Of a stretch of 64,000 nt of DNA, positions 10,701 through 21,200 are shown piece by piece. Source of the stretch: Atopobium sp. (GTDB lineage Bacteria > Actinomycetota > Coriobacteriia > Coriobacteriales > Atopobiaceae); NCBI GenBank assembly GCA_015259155.1, contig JABZGY010000002.1:6697-70696 (forward strand), in the 5' to 3' direction. Position numbers and translations under genes: made by a program. The notes below the pieces were generated by a model that did not search any database, was not told the DNA's origin, and worked only from the letters and a program-made list of their open reading frames with translations. Every line of letters begins with the position of its first letter. The stretch's first letter is position 1.

Positions 10701-12312
10701 TGACATCATGGATGTCAAGGTAGAGAAGAAGTGGCTTGACGCTGACGGCAACGCAATTGCCCAGCCAGACGCTACCTCCATTACCGTAAAGCTTCTTGCC
10801 GACGGCGTAGATACTGGTAAGACACTTGACCTTACCGCAGCCAACAACTGGACTGCTTCGTTCACACACCTTCGTAAGTACACCATTGAGACTCACAACG
10901 ACGGTACCAGCACAAAGACTCCTATCGTCTACACTCTTGAAGAGGTAGGCACAGACGCTAATGGCATGGTCACTTACAATGGCAAGAAGTACAAGGTGAC
11001 TGCTACTTCTGGTCAGGCAGATGAGAATTCACCAAACGATTCCGTTGCACTGAGTGTTACCAACCAGCTGCAGCAGGAGAAGGTCTCCGTCTCTGGCAAG
11101 AAGCTCTGGGACGACTCTAACAACAATGACGGTAAGCGCCCAGCTTCCATTGTTGTCAGGCTTCTCGCAGATGGCGTTGAGGTTCAGCACAAGACAGTAA
11201 CTGCTGCGGATAACTGGGAGTACACCTTCTCTGACCTGCCTAAGTTCAATGGCAATGCAGAGATTACCTACACCGTTTCTGAGGACGCAGTACCTGACTA
11301 CACCACCAGCATCAACGGCTATGAGATTACAAACCAGCACGCTCCTGAGGCTTTAAGCATCCCAGTCAAGAAGGTTTGGGTTGACGATGAGAACGCTCAG
11401 GGTCTGCGTCCTGCTAGTGTCCACGTCAGGCTCTATGCTGACGGCACTCAGGTGGATGAGTTTGACCTGAATGCAGGCAATAACTGGTCCCACATCTTCA
11501 ACGGCCTGCCACGTTACACCGCTGGTCACGAGATTGAGTACACCGTCAAGGAAGACCCAATTGCTCACTACACTACTTCCTATTCTGGCTCTTCAGCTAC
11601 TGAGCTCACGGTTACCAACACCATTGAGGGCAAGGTTTCTGTTCCAGTAACAAAGAAGTGGATTGGTGCACCTGCTGATAGCGTAACTATTCACCTGCTC
11701 GCAGATGGCGTTGAGGTACAGAGCGCAACTCTGACCGCTGCTGATAACTGGCAGCACACCTTCAGCAACCTTAACCAGTACAACAATGGTGCGCTGATCA
11801 ACTACACCATTACTGAGGATGCAGTTGATGGCTACACCTCTCAGATCACTGGCGACGCTACCAACTACGTGGTAACCAACACCAACATGAAGACTCGCGA
11901 CATTCCTGTCACCAAGGTTTGGGAGAACCAGGAAGGCGATTCTGCTGAGATTGTCCTGTATCGTGACGGTGTTGAGGTTGATAGGGTAACCATCACCAAG
12001 GCTGACGACTGGAAGCACACCTTCAGCAACCTGGAGTTCTACGACAAGGCTGATGGTCACGAGTACGCATACACCATCTCCGAGACTCCTATCTCTGGCT
12101 ACACAACCCAGATCACAGGTAATCAGGACGACGGTTTCACAGTGACCAACACTGCTCCTGTTGTTCCTCCAACTACACCTCCTACCACCCCAGAGCCTAA
12201 GAAGCCAGGTCTTCCTTACACTGGCGACGCTTCAGGTATTGCTTCAATCGTTGGAGCTGCAGCTCTGTCCTTGAGTGGTCTTGGTATTGCTCTTAGAAGG
12301 AAGAACAGCTAA
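7777..12312 (+). CDS. Large sortase-anchored adhesin with tandem Cna B-type domains (LPYTG)
   Basis: Signal peptide (MSNFKKS...AKA); about 5 CnaB repeats (V.K.W.D...RP.S..V.L.ADG...NW...F..L..Y); Pro-rich stalk, LPYTG, TM, RRK tail; start moved to ATG 7777. Confidence 0.9.
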   Translation: MSNFKKSFATMFAAIMMLTGIIILGTSTVAKAVTYPLTQNIDFGADGQLTVNLKPTSPTTVKGSANISTGIEIDATGLHKPIDGLYLEIEVNTKQSATDINNTNNITPNTYLDNFATPAAATQPIIKREETIVTPDGKTIKRLYLNTIDTTVKLELPYVMSFRDMVTPADFQLKPVVRVYNADGTELANMPDQTYSITYDKPWLMKQVAGEETNDQLLYGGINAPGDSSALSNDKTADVIFNFRLYQYYRAYRSIIITDTLPTYVNAAGQTVTAHFDPAKNPNWTLSPDGRTVTLKFDIPAGTTILNDYIRDNLPAYSQLKLSFPGARYLNGTNRVVFNNTATVQGIPYNPSAAEETVGQVPGNEHNFDDDTKQFRLAGNDFSGNGMLSKRGPVTIQYDKNGLAVRKLDYTIKLVNKLDTPLTDIEFIEDVANTDNRLFMTALTGNLVAVGQRVGLNMDQIEVRGYKADGSYDIIPTRNNGANWLYRADMNSASQQQLQSYLDQINQGTLDPSNAAAVSPQYRKIGIYFKNVTLQPTSNIDFNIQMMFMNPFGEVYSDRPITNIIKVNANKVNTDGTKTPMNFSANWDTRFTPFSEKVWLSKSSWYQRVGMPGERFSARVGFALTELSPARYLKNPTFVDLLPAGVSYDANTTVSVIADSLQPEKVEYIRNYNETGRNAVKITLPSGYVYQYGSMGYEIRNLVINDDIIPSKAENDVLNNNNDVYFYATNWTHGTPDDFSGMYNASNFVKDDLDINMNGVTDETILKATAKVLGNNVESIQSDKHIRSLEPNIAGGGTFYGRAFTSATIMTDFAGVTDTSGLFQYRLSIRNYYNTPMNKILMYDVLPYVGDGRNSAFSNTLQGPIELKIGSTDVSSQYDIYYRTDEHPAQNDINEINSPEWTKTPADYTKVTAIKIVGKDGTILPPYTVLSAVLTMKAPLYDPNLSEALAYNDMSVIYNNEAAMRRTEKVANQLVDIMDVKVEKKWLDADGNAIAQPDATSITVKLLADGVDTGKTLDLTAANNWTASFTHLRKYTIETHNDGTSTKTPIVYTLEEVGTDANGMVTYNGKKYKVTATSGQADENSPNDSVALSVTNQLQQEKVSVSGKKLWDDSNNNDGKRPASIVVRLLADGVEVQHKTVTAADNWEYTFSDLPKFNGNAEITYTVSEDAVPDYTTSINGYEITNQHAPEALSIPVKKVWVDDENAQGLRPASVHVRLYADGTQVDEFDLNAGNNWSHIFNGLPRYTAGHEIEYTVKEDPIAHYTTSYSGSSATELTVTNTIEGKVSVPVTKKWIGAPADSVTIHLLADGVEVQSATLTAADNWQHTFSNLNQYNNGALINYTITEDAVDGYTSQITGDATNYVVTNTNMKTRDIPVTKVWENQEGDSAEIVLYRDGVEVDRVTITKADDWKHTFSNLEFYDKADGHEYAYTISETPISGYTTQITGNQDDGFTVTNTAPVVPPTTPPTTPEPKKPGLPYTGDASGIASIVGAAALSLSGLGIALRRKNS

Positions 12313-12344
12313 GAGCTAGAGTTCCAAACTCGCTGATCGCGATT

Positions 12345-12379
12345 AAAACAGGCTCCTGGTAAAACCAGGAGCCTGTTTT
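12345..12379. terminator. Intrinsic terminator (symmetric)
   Basis: AAAACAGGCTCCTGGT/ACCAGGAGCCTGTTTT perfect stem. Confidence 0.85.
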
Positions 12380-12503
12380 GCGTAGCGCGTGGAAGGCCGC
12401 CAAAGCCGCCAGTCTGTCAAAGCCACCGTATGTGCGGCGCAGAATTATCCCGTCGTATCGCTATCCTGGTGTTTTGTAAAGCTTCTGTATTTGCCACAGC
12501 GCC

Positions 12504-12708
12504 AAGTGGTAAAAAATGCGTTTAGTTGGGGATTACATTTTTCTGCATACGCATTTGCCCAGGAAAAACTTTTAACTATGGTAAAAAATGCGTTTAGTTG
12601 GGCTTCAAATAACGAAATTTCAATTTTCATCCCCAACTAAACGGCTTTTTTACCTTTTTGGGCACTAAAATCAGTACCCTAAAATTGCGCTATTCACGAT
12701 TATGAATA
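12504..12708 (+). repeat. Three-armed intergenic repeat family A, copy 2
   Basis: Direct arms near 12508 and 12580, inverted arm 12629-12654, TATTCA-N6-TGAATA at 12691-12708. Confidence 0.85.
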
Positions 12709-12887
12709 AACAGATTCCATTATGCAGAAATCAAATTGCTCTAACGATTTTGACGGCTCTACCAACGCCAAGTTGTCTTCATCCGCCGAAAAATTAACGT
12801 GTACCAAAGAATTATCCAGCAACACGATATAATTTTAGGTAGTTCCTAGTTATTTCTTGTACTGCAAAACGTGGAGGTAAAAGGCAC

Positions 12888-13664
12888 ATGAGAAGCATTT
12901 TTGATGACCGTCAGGTATCTATTAAGTGCGACGATAAGTATTCTTATACCGTTACAAAAGATGGTCTGGCTTATGTTCCAGGTAATGGAAAGCCAGAGGT
13001 CAAGGTTTTGTTTTCAGAGGTCGGTTCAATCTTCTTACTGAACTATTGCAGCTCAAACGGCCCTTACGAGATTACCTTTAAGGACAACGAAGGCCACAAC
13101 CTCGTAAGCATTGACACAGATCTAAAGCTCCGCGAATTTGGACATAATATCCTGGATACCAAGACAATCATCCTCGCTTTTGCAGCTAATAAGCTTACTA
13201 CCGAGTTCCCCAATAACCTTGATACGTTAAACACCAAGCTCGGGTTTAGCCTTAAAGAGAAAAAGATTACTATCGCAAATGGCGTGATTTCTGGCGCAAA
13301 GCATCAGGTCAAGCTTTCTGACATTCGCCGAGTTCAGTGTGTCGCAGGTGGTGCACTCAATAACCTCTTTGTATTCACTAAAGAAAAGGGCGGTCTCTTT
13401 GATAGGGCAGATATTGTAGTTCCTGTTAATGAGCTCACAGTACCTATTCTTGAAGCAGCAATGAGAAGAAATACTGGTCACGGCATTGATTTCAGTAGAG
13501 GCAACGGCTTCGACCAGCCAAACAGCAACTTCATTATTATTCGTTATTTGGACTCTAGCTTCTTCGAGACCGCTCCTGGCGTCTTCAAAGAGGATTGGCA
13601 GAAGGACGCCTATGAGTTTGTTAAGTCCTTCGGTTATGACCTACAAACCATGCTAGGGGAGTAA
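12888..13664 (+). CDS. Hypothetical protein (258 aa, soluble)
   Basis: GGAGG RBS, long ORF, followed by terminator; no family recognised. Confidence 0.75.
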   Translation: MRSIFDDRQVSIKCDDKYSYTVTKDGLAYVPGNGKPEVKVLFSEVGSIFLLNYCSSNGPYEITFKDNEGHNLVSIDTDLKLREFGHNILDTKTIILAFAANKLTTEFPNNLDTLNTKLGFSLKEKKITIANGVISGAKHQVKLSDIRRVQCVAGGALNNLFVFTKEKGGLFDRADIVVPVNELTVPILEAAMRRNTGHGIDFSRGNGFDQPNSNFIIIRYLDSSFFETAPGVFKEDWQKDAYEFVKSFGYDLQTMLGE

Positions 13665-13693
13665 TCTCTGGCGAGAAAAACGTCTGGTCCTAG

Positions 13694-13732
13694 AAAAACA
13701 GCCGCCCTCAATAAGAAGGCGGCTGTTTCTTT
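13694..13732. terminator. Bidirectional terminator between convergent genes
   Basis: AAACAGCCGCC/GGCGGCTGTTT stem. Confidence 0.75.
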
Positions 13733-13764
13733 GCTGGCGAGAAGATCGCTCTAGTAGCTAGATC

Positions 13765-16700
13765 TTACTTCTGCTTGCGAGCCCTTAGTGCAAAGCCGAG
13801 AGCGGTGATGCCAGAGGCGACCATTCCAACAGAAGCAATCATAAGCTCAGCAACGTCGCCAGTGTCTGGCAGAACGCGCTTCTTCTTAGTCTTAGAAGGC
13901 TTGTGTGGATCAGAGCTAGGAGTTGGCTCAGGCTCAGGTGTTGGCTGAGGCTCAGGCTCTGGATAGTCGTTGGTGAAGACCAGAGGAGGTGTGCTGTTGC
14001 ACTCACACTGGTCAACCTCAGTGACAGTTCCATCTTCGGCAGTCTTAGTAATGTGATAGGTGAAATCAAGCTCGCCATCATCATTCTTGAAGACAGTGTA
14101 GGTGAGGGTGTAGACGGACTTGTCGTAAGTAACCCTCTGGTTGGTACCAGTGACCTCTTTGATGGTATAGACATAGGTGCCAGGCTGCGTAAAGACTAGC
14201 TCACCGAAGTTATTATCGCCAGAAACTGCAACAGAAGTCTCAACGCTATCTGTTGTTGCGTTGTTTGGCATTGGGTAAGAAGGATCGTTGCGGGTGAGCG
14301 TGAACTTGAAGATATCCTGAGTTGTTGCAGTGCGTGGGTTGCCACCGTTATCGTCAGGAAGGACTGATGGATAGTCGGTTGGAGTATCTGGAGCATCACC
14401 AGTAACAACCTTCTGGATAACTGGATAGTCCCTAGCAGGAAGTGGATCAGGATAGACGTTAGTAAAGACGGCCCCTGGTGCATCGTTATACTCGCCAAGG
14501 TCAACGGTGGTAACGTTTCCGTCCTCGTCAGTCTTGGTCATAGTGCGCGTTGCCTCAAGCTGGCCAGTGCCATCGTCAGTTACGTGGTAGGTAACGGTGT
14601 AGACGCTCTGATCGTACTGGATGTTCTGGGTGCCGGTGACCTCTTTGATAGTGTACACGTAGGTGCCAGGCTGAGTGAACGTGATGTTGTGGAATACAGC
14701 GTCGCCGCCGAGAAGTCTGCGGGTACGAGCGGTGTTGCCGGTGGTTCCCTCAGGCATTGGGCTGGATGGGTCGAGGCGCGTCATCTCAAAGATAAAGACG
14801 TTAGGAGCATCGCCCTCGTCTTCTGAGCCATTTGCCAAGAAATTGTTGATCAGGCTCTCAGCAAGACTGTCACTTATGATGCCGTCGGCGCTTGTGGCGC
14901 TTGCAGTACCCGCTGCGCTAGCTGCGCTTTCAGAGCTTGTATGCAGGAACGAGTCAACCAGAGACGCAGGTGAAGGCCCTCCAGGTATAGGAACAACTGG
15001 GTAATCGCCTTCGACAATCTTGGTAACGGATGGCGTCACAATGGTAGGCCTGACATTGTAGACATTTACCAGCGACTGAGTGGTGGTGTACTGCTCAACG
15101 CCAGAAATACTACTTCTAGTTGAAACGTAGGAATTAGGAACGTTTTCGGTGATGGTGTACGAAACAGTATCAGCAGCAGTATTGTCTACGTACTTACGAA
15201 GGCCCTTGTAGACGATGGTGTAGGTGTTATCGCCATTATCGGTAACCTCAGGCGCAATGGTGTGGGTATCAAGGTGCTTATCGTTAGAGAGAACCAGATT
15301 GTTAGCACCAAAATCAGCTGTGGATGGGCGCTTACCAGCTGCATTGTTGTTATCGTCCCAGACCTTATTGATCTTGAGGTCAATGCCTGCATAGCTCAGA
15401 GCGTGAGTGGAGAGGGTACGAGTGGAGTGGTTACCAGCAATGTCGTAGTCAAGAACGCTGCTGAATACACTGCGCTTACCGTCGTAGGAAGCATCTACGT
15501 TATCGGCAACCTTGTACGTGACGTCAACAAAGCCGCCGCTATTTGCAGCAAGTGCGTGCGTTGAAGTAAACAGCACCATGTCGGCCTCAGCAGGATTGGT
15601 GACTACGGTGTAGTCGCCAGGCTGTGGAGCATGGTTTGCAGTGTAGGTAACACCAGGGTTCAGCTTGATGTACTGGTAAGAGAAGTTGGAAGAAGAGCTT
15701 ACGCCCTCAAGTGTCAGAGGAAGCTGGGTTGCACCTTCTGGATTGATGCCAGCGCCACGGTTTACAGACTTGGAAAGCAGTGGAACAAACAGCTGTGTGG
15801 TATTTGCGGTGTTACCCGTGTTATTGCGGACAGCAATGTGAACAGTTGCGGTGTCATCGCGCTGCATAACAGGGGTAGTTGCGCCTGGATTAGCGGAGTC
15901 GTACGTGTAATCAGTTACGGTTCCAGAGACGGCATCCTTTACAGAAAGGGTAGATGCAGCAGCAATGGCAGATGCCTGAGCAATGTTGATACCAGGGCGC
16001 TCGGAGAGAGAAACCATGGTCTCGCCAGAGTTGACGCTGTTGCCAAACAGGCTGGTGTACTGGGAAGTGTTCCAGTTGCTGCGGTCCCAGTGCTCAGACT
16101 TAATTTGAGCACCAATCTCCTTGAAGTCTTTGGTGGTAATGCCAACAAAATCGTTGATGTGGTAGATACCCTTGCCTGCAAGATCAGTGGTGTGGACATC
16201 CATGCTCAGAGTCATGTTCTTGCTGGTAAAGTCTGGCTGATACTGGCCGCGAGTCTCGTCGCCAACATCAATGGTGTACTTCCAAACCTTAACAGCCACG
16301 CCGTCCTTATCGTACGTTCCTACAAACTCTGGAGCGCTGAGCGTGCCGTTAGAAACGGTGAGGTTACTGTAGGTAAAGCCCTCAGGCATGATGACGTAGA
16401 GCACTGGCTCCTGAAGAGGGTTCCAGTCCCAGTTAGCGTCGTCAATGCGGCCAGAAATCTTGAAGGTCTCGCCGCCGTTAATCTGGGTCTTATCGATGCT
16501 ACCAACACCGTTAAGAACCTTAGGTGCGCCGGACTTAGCGGTCAATGTAACGCCTGCGTCAGGAGTGGTACCGGTGTCGTAGAGCTTGACGTTAGTGACA
16601 ACGTCGGCGTTAGTGCCCTTCTTCCAAGAGCCGTAAACGCCGTTGGAGATGTAGCTCCAGCCATAGTACTCGTCAGTGACATGCTTGTTGTTTGGATTCC

Positions 16701-18198
16701 ATGTATCGAGAAGATCGCTCATTGGCCTAATGCCATCGTATCCGCCAAGAATTGGACCAAGGTCAACCTTGATGGAAGTGATGGAGGTATTGATATCAAG
16801 ACCAAGAGCAGTGTTGGTGATGAGGGCAGAAACACCAGATTTGCGCAGAATGCTTGGATCAGCAGTTCCGCTCGTACCGTCCGATGCAGTCCAGTGGATT
16901 GGACCATAGGTCATACCTTCCTTGTAAGGGATGGTGACGCCGCGGATGATAGCGGTCTGGTTCTGATCGATGGTCATCTCGAGCGTCTTTGGAGCGGTGT
17001 CTGTAGAGAGCTCGTTCTTGATGAGGTAGGTACCAAGACGAACGTTGTAGGTATCGTTTTTCTTGTATGCCCAGTTAGGAGCTGTGTCGACAAGAGCGTG
17101 TGTGGTAAGACGCTCTGGGTTAAGGCCGTCAATTACGGTAACCGTAAGCGTAGAAGAAGCGTTTGCAGAGGTACGGTTGACGTTTGGAGTGTCATTCCAA
17201 ACGGACATAGTGAGGTTCTTAATGGTGACGTTAAAGGTTGAGTTGTTAGGTCTGGTGCTTGATGCAGGAACCTTAATCTGTGGCTTAAAGGTTGGGGTAC
17301 CTGCGTAAGAGCCTGGCTCGTTCCACTCAACCGTTGCGGTCTTGTTAGTGCCATCATCGGTGGTAGAAACAATGGTACCTGCGGTGTTGTAGAGGCTGGT
17401 CTCGTTGACACCAACTAGCTCCATATCGCTTGGGTAGACAACCTGAACCGTAGTCTTGCTGTTTGCCTCGGTGAGTACCTTAGAGCCTGTGGTAGAAACC
17501 TGCAGGGTAGAGGTGGTGCCACCTTTTGAGAGAACTTCGGTAGACTGATCAGCCCAGAAGCCGTAGGTCATGGCATCAGCTGCAGTAACAGATGAGGTAT
17601 GTGGATCAATGTTTTGTGTTGCAGCGGTGCTCAAGCTAACACGAATTGCATTTGCAATAACCTGGCTTGCGCTCTGGTTCTCAACAGCGTCATCAAGCTT
17701 GAACTGAATTTCTCCCCTGGAAGAAACCTGGGTAAGGCCGTTATTGGTCATGTAGACCAAATCACCACTGCGGTTCTTCTCGGAACTTGCGCCAGGATAG
17801 CCGTAAGGAAGGGTTCCCGTTCCCGTAGGTGTGGTAACCAGGTCAGAGAAGCTGGTGTTTGAGATGCCACCAACGGTAAACGTTGCACCTGGAAGACCTG
17901 TGACATAGAGTCCGTCTCCAAACCTCACGTTGAGGTACGTTGGAGAGAACTGCAACGATGCAGGAATTGTGTAGCCAACATTCAAGGCGTAGGTGACTCC
18001 CGCCTTAAGAGCAGGAGTTTGACCTGCAAGAAGGTCAGCAACTTGGGCGTGAGTTGACGCATCTTCAATGCTTAGAGCATTGATTTGAAGACCTGTAGTG
18101 TCTTCTGCGTAAGCCACGCTAAGGTTGGGCAGCAATGCTGCGACGAATGCAACGGCAGCTAAAAGCAACCCCGCTACAATCCTTGCCTTACTTTTCAT
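13765..18198 (-). CDS. Large sortase-anchored surface protein (LPDTG) with CnaB-like and two Spy0128-like pilin/isopeptide domains
   Basis: Signal peptide (..VAYA); two FTQPGTYVYTIKEVTG..YD.SVYT repeats; PEP stalk, LPDTG, TM, basic tail. Confidence 0.88.
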   Translation of the reverse strand: MKSKARIVAGLLLAAVAFVAALLPNLSVAYAEDTTGLQINALSIEDASTHAQVADLLAGQTPALKAGVTYALNVGYTIPASLQFSPTYLNVRFGDGLYVTGLPGATFTVGGISNTSFSDLVTTPTGTGTLPYGYPGASSEKNRSGDLVYMTNNGLTQVSSRGEIQFKLDDAVENQSASQVIANAIRVSLSTAATQNIDPHTSSVTAADAMTYGFWADQSTEVLSKGGTTSTLQVSTTGSKVLTEANSKTTVQVVYPSDMELVGVNETSLYNTAGTIVSTTDDGTNKTATVEWNEPGSYAGTPTFKPQIKVPASSTRPNNSTFNVTIKNLTMSVWNDTPNVNRTSANASSTLTVTVIDGLNPERLTTHALVDTAPNWAYKKNDTYNVRLGTYLIKNELSTDTAPKTLEMTIDQNQTAIIRGVTIPYKEGMTYGPIHWTASDGTSGTADPSILRKSGVSALITNTALGLDINTSITSIKVDLGPILGGYDGIRPMSDLLDTWNPNNKHVTDEYYGWSYISNGVYGSWKKGTNADVVTNVKLYDTGTTPDAGVTLTAKSGAPKVLNGVGSIDKTQINGGETFKISGRIDDANWDWNPLQEPVLYVIMPEGFTYSNLTVSNGTLSAPEFVGTYDKDGVAVKVWKYTIDVGDETRGQYQPDFTSKNMTLSMDVHTTDLAGKGIYHINDFVGITTKDFKEIGAQIKSEHWDRSNWNTSQYTSLFGNSVNSGETMVSLSERPGINIAQASAIAAASTLSVKDAVSGTVTDYTYDSANPGATTPVMQRDDTATVHIAVRNNTGNTANTTQLFVPLLSKSVNRGAGINPEGATQLPLTLEGVSSSSNFSYQYIKLNPGVTYTANHAPQPGDYTVVTNPAEADMVLFTSTHALAANSGGFVDVTYKVADNVDASYDGKRSVFSSVLDYDIAGNHSTRTLSTHALSYAGIDLKINKVWDDNNNAAGKRPSTADFGANNLVLSNDKHLDTHTIAPEVTDNGDNTYTIVYKGLRKYVDNTAADTVSYTITENVPNSYVSTRSSISGVEQYTTTQSLVNVYNVRPTIVTPSVTKIVEGDYPVVPIPGGPSPASLVDSFLHTSSESAASAAGTASATSADGIISDSLAESLINNFLANGSEDEGDAPNVFIFEMTRLDPSSPMPEGTTGNTARTRRLLGGDAVFHNITFTQPGTYVYTIKEVTGTQNIQYDQSVYTVTYHVTDDGTGQLEATRTMTKTDEDGNVTTVDLGEYNDAPGAVFTNVYPDPLPARDYPVIQKVVTGDAPDTPTDYPSVLPDDNGGNPRTATTQDIFKFTLTRNDPSYPMPNNATTDSVETSVAVSGDNNFGELVFTQPGTYVYTIKEVTGTNQRVTYDKSVYTLTYTVFKNDDGELDFTYHITKTAEDGTVTEVDQCECNSTPPLVFTNDYPEPEPQPTPEPEPTPSSDPHKPSKTKKKRVLPDTGDVAELMIASVGMVASGITALGFALRARKQK

Positions 18199-18242
18199 AG
18201 CACATCCTAACTAGAGCGATACAGAACCAATCACTTTCTTTC

Positions 18243-21200
18243 TTACTTATTCTTACGACGCTTAGTAATGCCAAGTGAAGTCATTACAGCGGTCATACCA
18301 GCGAGAAGTGCAGCAAGAGGTGCTGCAGCAGAAGCATCTCCGGTGTATGGAGTCTTCTGCTTCTTTTTCTTAGATGGCTTAGTTGGAGTAGAAGGAGTCT
18401 CTGGAGTCTCATCTTCTGCAACAGTAATGGTTAGCTGGATTGTGTCGTTATCAGTTGCAACGGCGTCCTTACCATCTGGCCACTGAACACCATTCCAGGT
18501 GAACGAGAAGACCTTGCGGTTGCCAGCTGCGGAATCAGCAATAGCGCTGAAGGAGCCGGTAACGGTGCCGACAGCGGTGAGCTGGGTGCCTGCAGCAACA
18601 TTGGAGTCAATGGTGACGCCAGGAATGGTGAGCTTCATCCAGCCATCGTTTGCACTTGCCTCATCAACAATGCGCTCGAGGTCAGAGTACGTTCTAATGG
18701 AGGAAGGATCGCTGAGTTCAAAGGTGACGGTAACCGTACGACCGTTGACCTGAACATCGCTGACCTTAAAGCCGCTGCCAAAGTTGGAAGCCTGGATGGT
18801 GTTGGCATCAAGGTTGCTTGGAAGTGTCATTCCCTCAGGAACAGTCAGAGTTGCTGTGAACTTGAACTTCAGGTTGCTCAGCGTAATGGTGTCATGGTTG
18901 GTATTAGGGTAGGCGCGCTCAATGTTGTTCATCTGCTCCTGGATAGAGGAAGCAAGAATTGAACCGGTGAGGTTAAAGGTAGAACCTGCCTTCATAGTGA
19001 TGACCTGGTCATGCTCGGTATTCTCGTCAGCAAGCATATCTGCAGGAAGGTTCATCTCAATTGGGTTGTTCACAATCAGAGTCTGCTGAATGCCGGTACC
19101 ACGAGGGTCTCTGCTCGCAGCAATCTGAACGCCGTTCCAAGAAAGTTCGAACTTCTTGGTGACGTTGGTGACGGTGTTCTTTGCAAAAGACTCAAAGGTG
19201 CCAGTAAGAGTACCTGTAGCGGTGAGCTCCTGACCATTGGTAACCTGAGTTGGGTCAAGTGTGAGACCATCAACAGTTACAGTAAGAGGTCTTGCAATCT
19301 CTGTGGTAGCTGCGTCGTCTTTGCCAACTGTCTCGACAGCGTCTTTGAGCTGCTTGTAGTTGGTGTAAGTGCCCTTAAGCTTCAGGGTAACGGTAACTTC
19401 CTGACCGTTGACGGAAACGTTTGTAACCTCAAAGAGATCACCAAGGCCAGAGGTAGTTACTGTTGGATTAGCTGGGACAACAACGCCAGCAGGAAGCGTG
19501 AGCTTTGCAGTAAAGGTAGAAGTTGTGCCAGAAAGCGTAATCTTGGTTAGGTCGTCGAGGCCGCCAGCAATGCCATTCTCAAAAGCGCTCATCTGATTAA
19601 TGACGGAAGTAGCGTCAATAGCACCAGTAAGGCTAAAGCTCTTATCGTTAGAAACTTCCTTGATCTGAGTGGTGTTGCTCTGAGAGTCACTCCACATATC
19701 AGCAGGAAGATCGCTAGTAAGCTCTACTCTCTGGATGGAAGGATCTTCCTTCCACTTGAGGTAATAGGTGACATCGTTGGTAAGCGTTGCTCCACCGTTG
19801 ATGGTTGCAGGGGAGTTACCTGCAGCGTCGGTGAACCAGTAGTGGTAGTTGTGACCAATAACAATGCCAAAGAAGGTCATTGGATCATCCGCGTTGTCCA
19901 GAATGTGGTTCTCAAAAGTTGCAATATTTGTGTAGGCAGTATTGGTGTTAGAGCTGGTAGGACTTGCAATTCCAGCAGTTGTAGTGCTAAGGGTGTTGCC
20001 GCTGAGGTTTTGAAGCAGTGCATTGATATTGGTCTGCTCAGCAACAGTTGGGTGAGTCTTGATAGTTGCAACTTCTCCGCCGTTTGCATCGGTGGTGATG
20101 TCAAAGACATTTGGATTCTGCTTAAAGACGCTGTTTGCCGAGAAAGTACCACCATTTGCCGAGAAGGACACGGTAAGGTGCTGCTCTTCCCACTCTGCAT
20201 ACAGATCAACAGTATCAGTACCTGCAGGAACAGCAAGGCTGGAATTAGCCGCTACCTCATCGCCAGCGCCGTTTGCCTGAGTGGTCCAGCGCTTGAAGGT
20301 TTTACCTGCAATGTTGAAGTTGCTGTCGCGATTGTTAACGTCAGTGTTAGAAAGAACGTTAACGGTGCGACCAGCGTTTGTAGCAACGCGTTCAATAACG
20401 GTAACGCCGTTGCCGTTGTGATACCTGACATAGAGCCAAGCAGTGTTGGCCTTCCAATGTGGATAGACTGTCATGTCAGAGGTGACCTGGGTATCAGCGG
20501 TGAACTGGTGCTCGGTACCAGCAGCGTCGGTGTAGTACCAGCCGTCAAACTCCTGACCACTTGCATAAGGATCTGCAGGTAGGGTAGTGGAGCCTTCTGC
20601 TACAGAAGAAGCAGTTGCAAGAGAGTTACCGCGCATAGCAAGAGCAGTCTTGTTAGCAGTAGTGCCGTCAGCAAATGTTGGGTTGACGCCGGTAACACCT
20701 GGAGTATTGAGGTCAAAAGTAACGGTTGCAGCAGGTGCCCAAACGTGCTTCTGGCCATCGCTTGAAGCGTTAGCAACTGGGTAGGTATAGGTTGCTCCGT
20801 TAGCATTAATGAGGCTCAGAGAGTTAGTTGATGGGTCAGCAAGGGTAAAGAGCGAGAGAACCTCATTGCCGTTAGCTGCACCGTTTGTAGGGATAGTGCT
20901 ACCAAAGCCACTGTTGTAACTTGGTGCGTATTTGAGCAAGTAAGAGCCGCCAACAACGTTGTAGTTCTGACGAGTCTGGCCAGCACCGTTATCAGAGTTC
21001 TTGGTAGCAGGGGTTTCTACCAGGCTGTTTCCGGTGAATTGGATGGAACCGTTGGTCTGGGCTCCAAAGAGGGCGCCAGAGTTACGACCATCTCCCTTAA
21101 TCGTGGAATTGTTAATGATGACGTCACCAGTGTTGACGTTAAGGCCGCCAGTTCCACCGTTAGTGAAGTTAAGGGTTGAGTTAGTAACGTTTACTGTTCC

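Noticed and set aside
15631..17241. 536-aa + strand ORF, and other long antisense ORFs (2175-3071, 7846-8601, 19842-20582, 52397-53197)
   Set aside because: They lie antisense to well-supported genes, have no motifs or RBS, and are explained by codon bias on the coding strand
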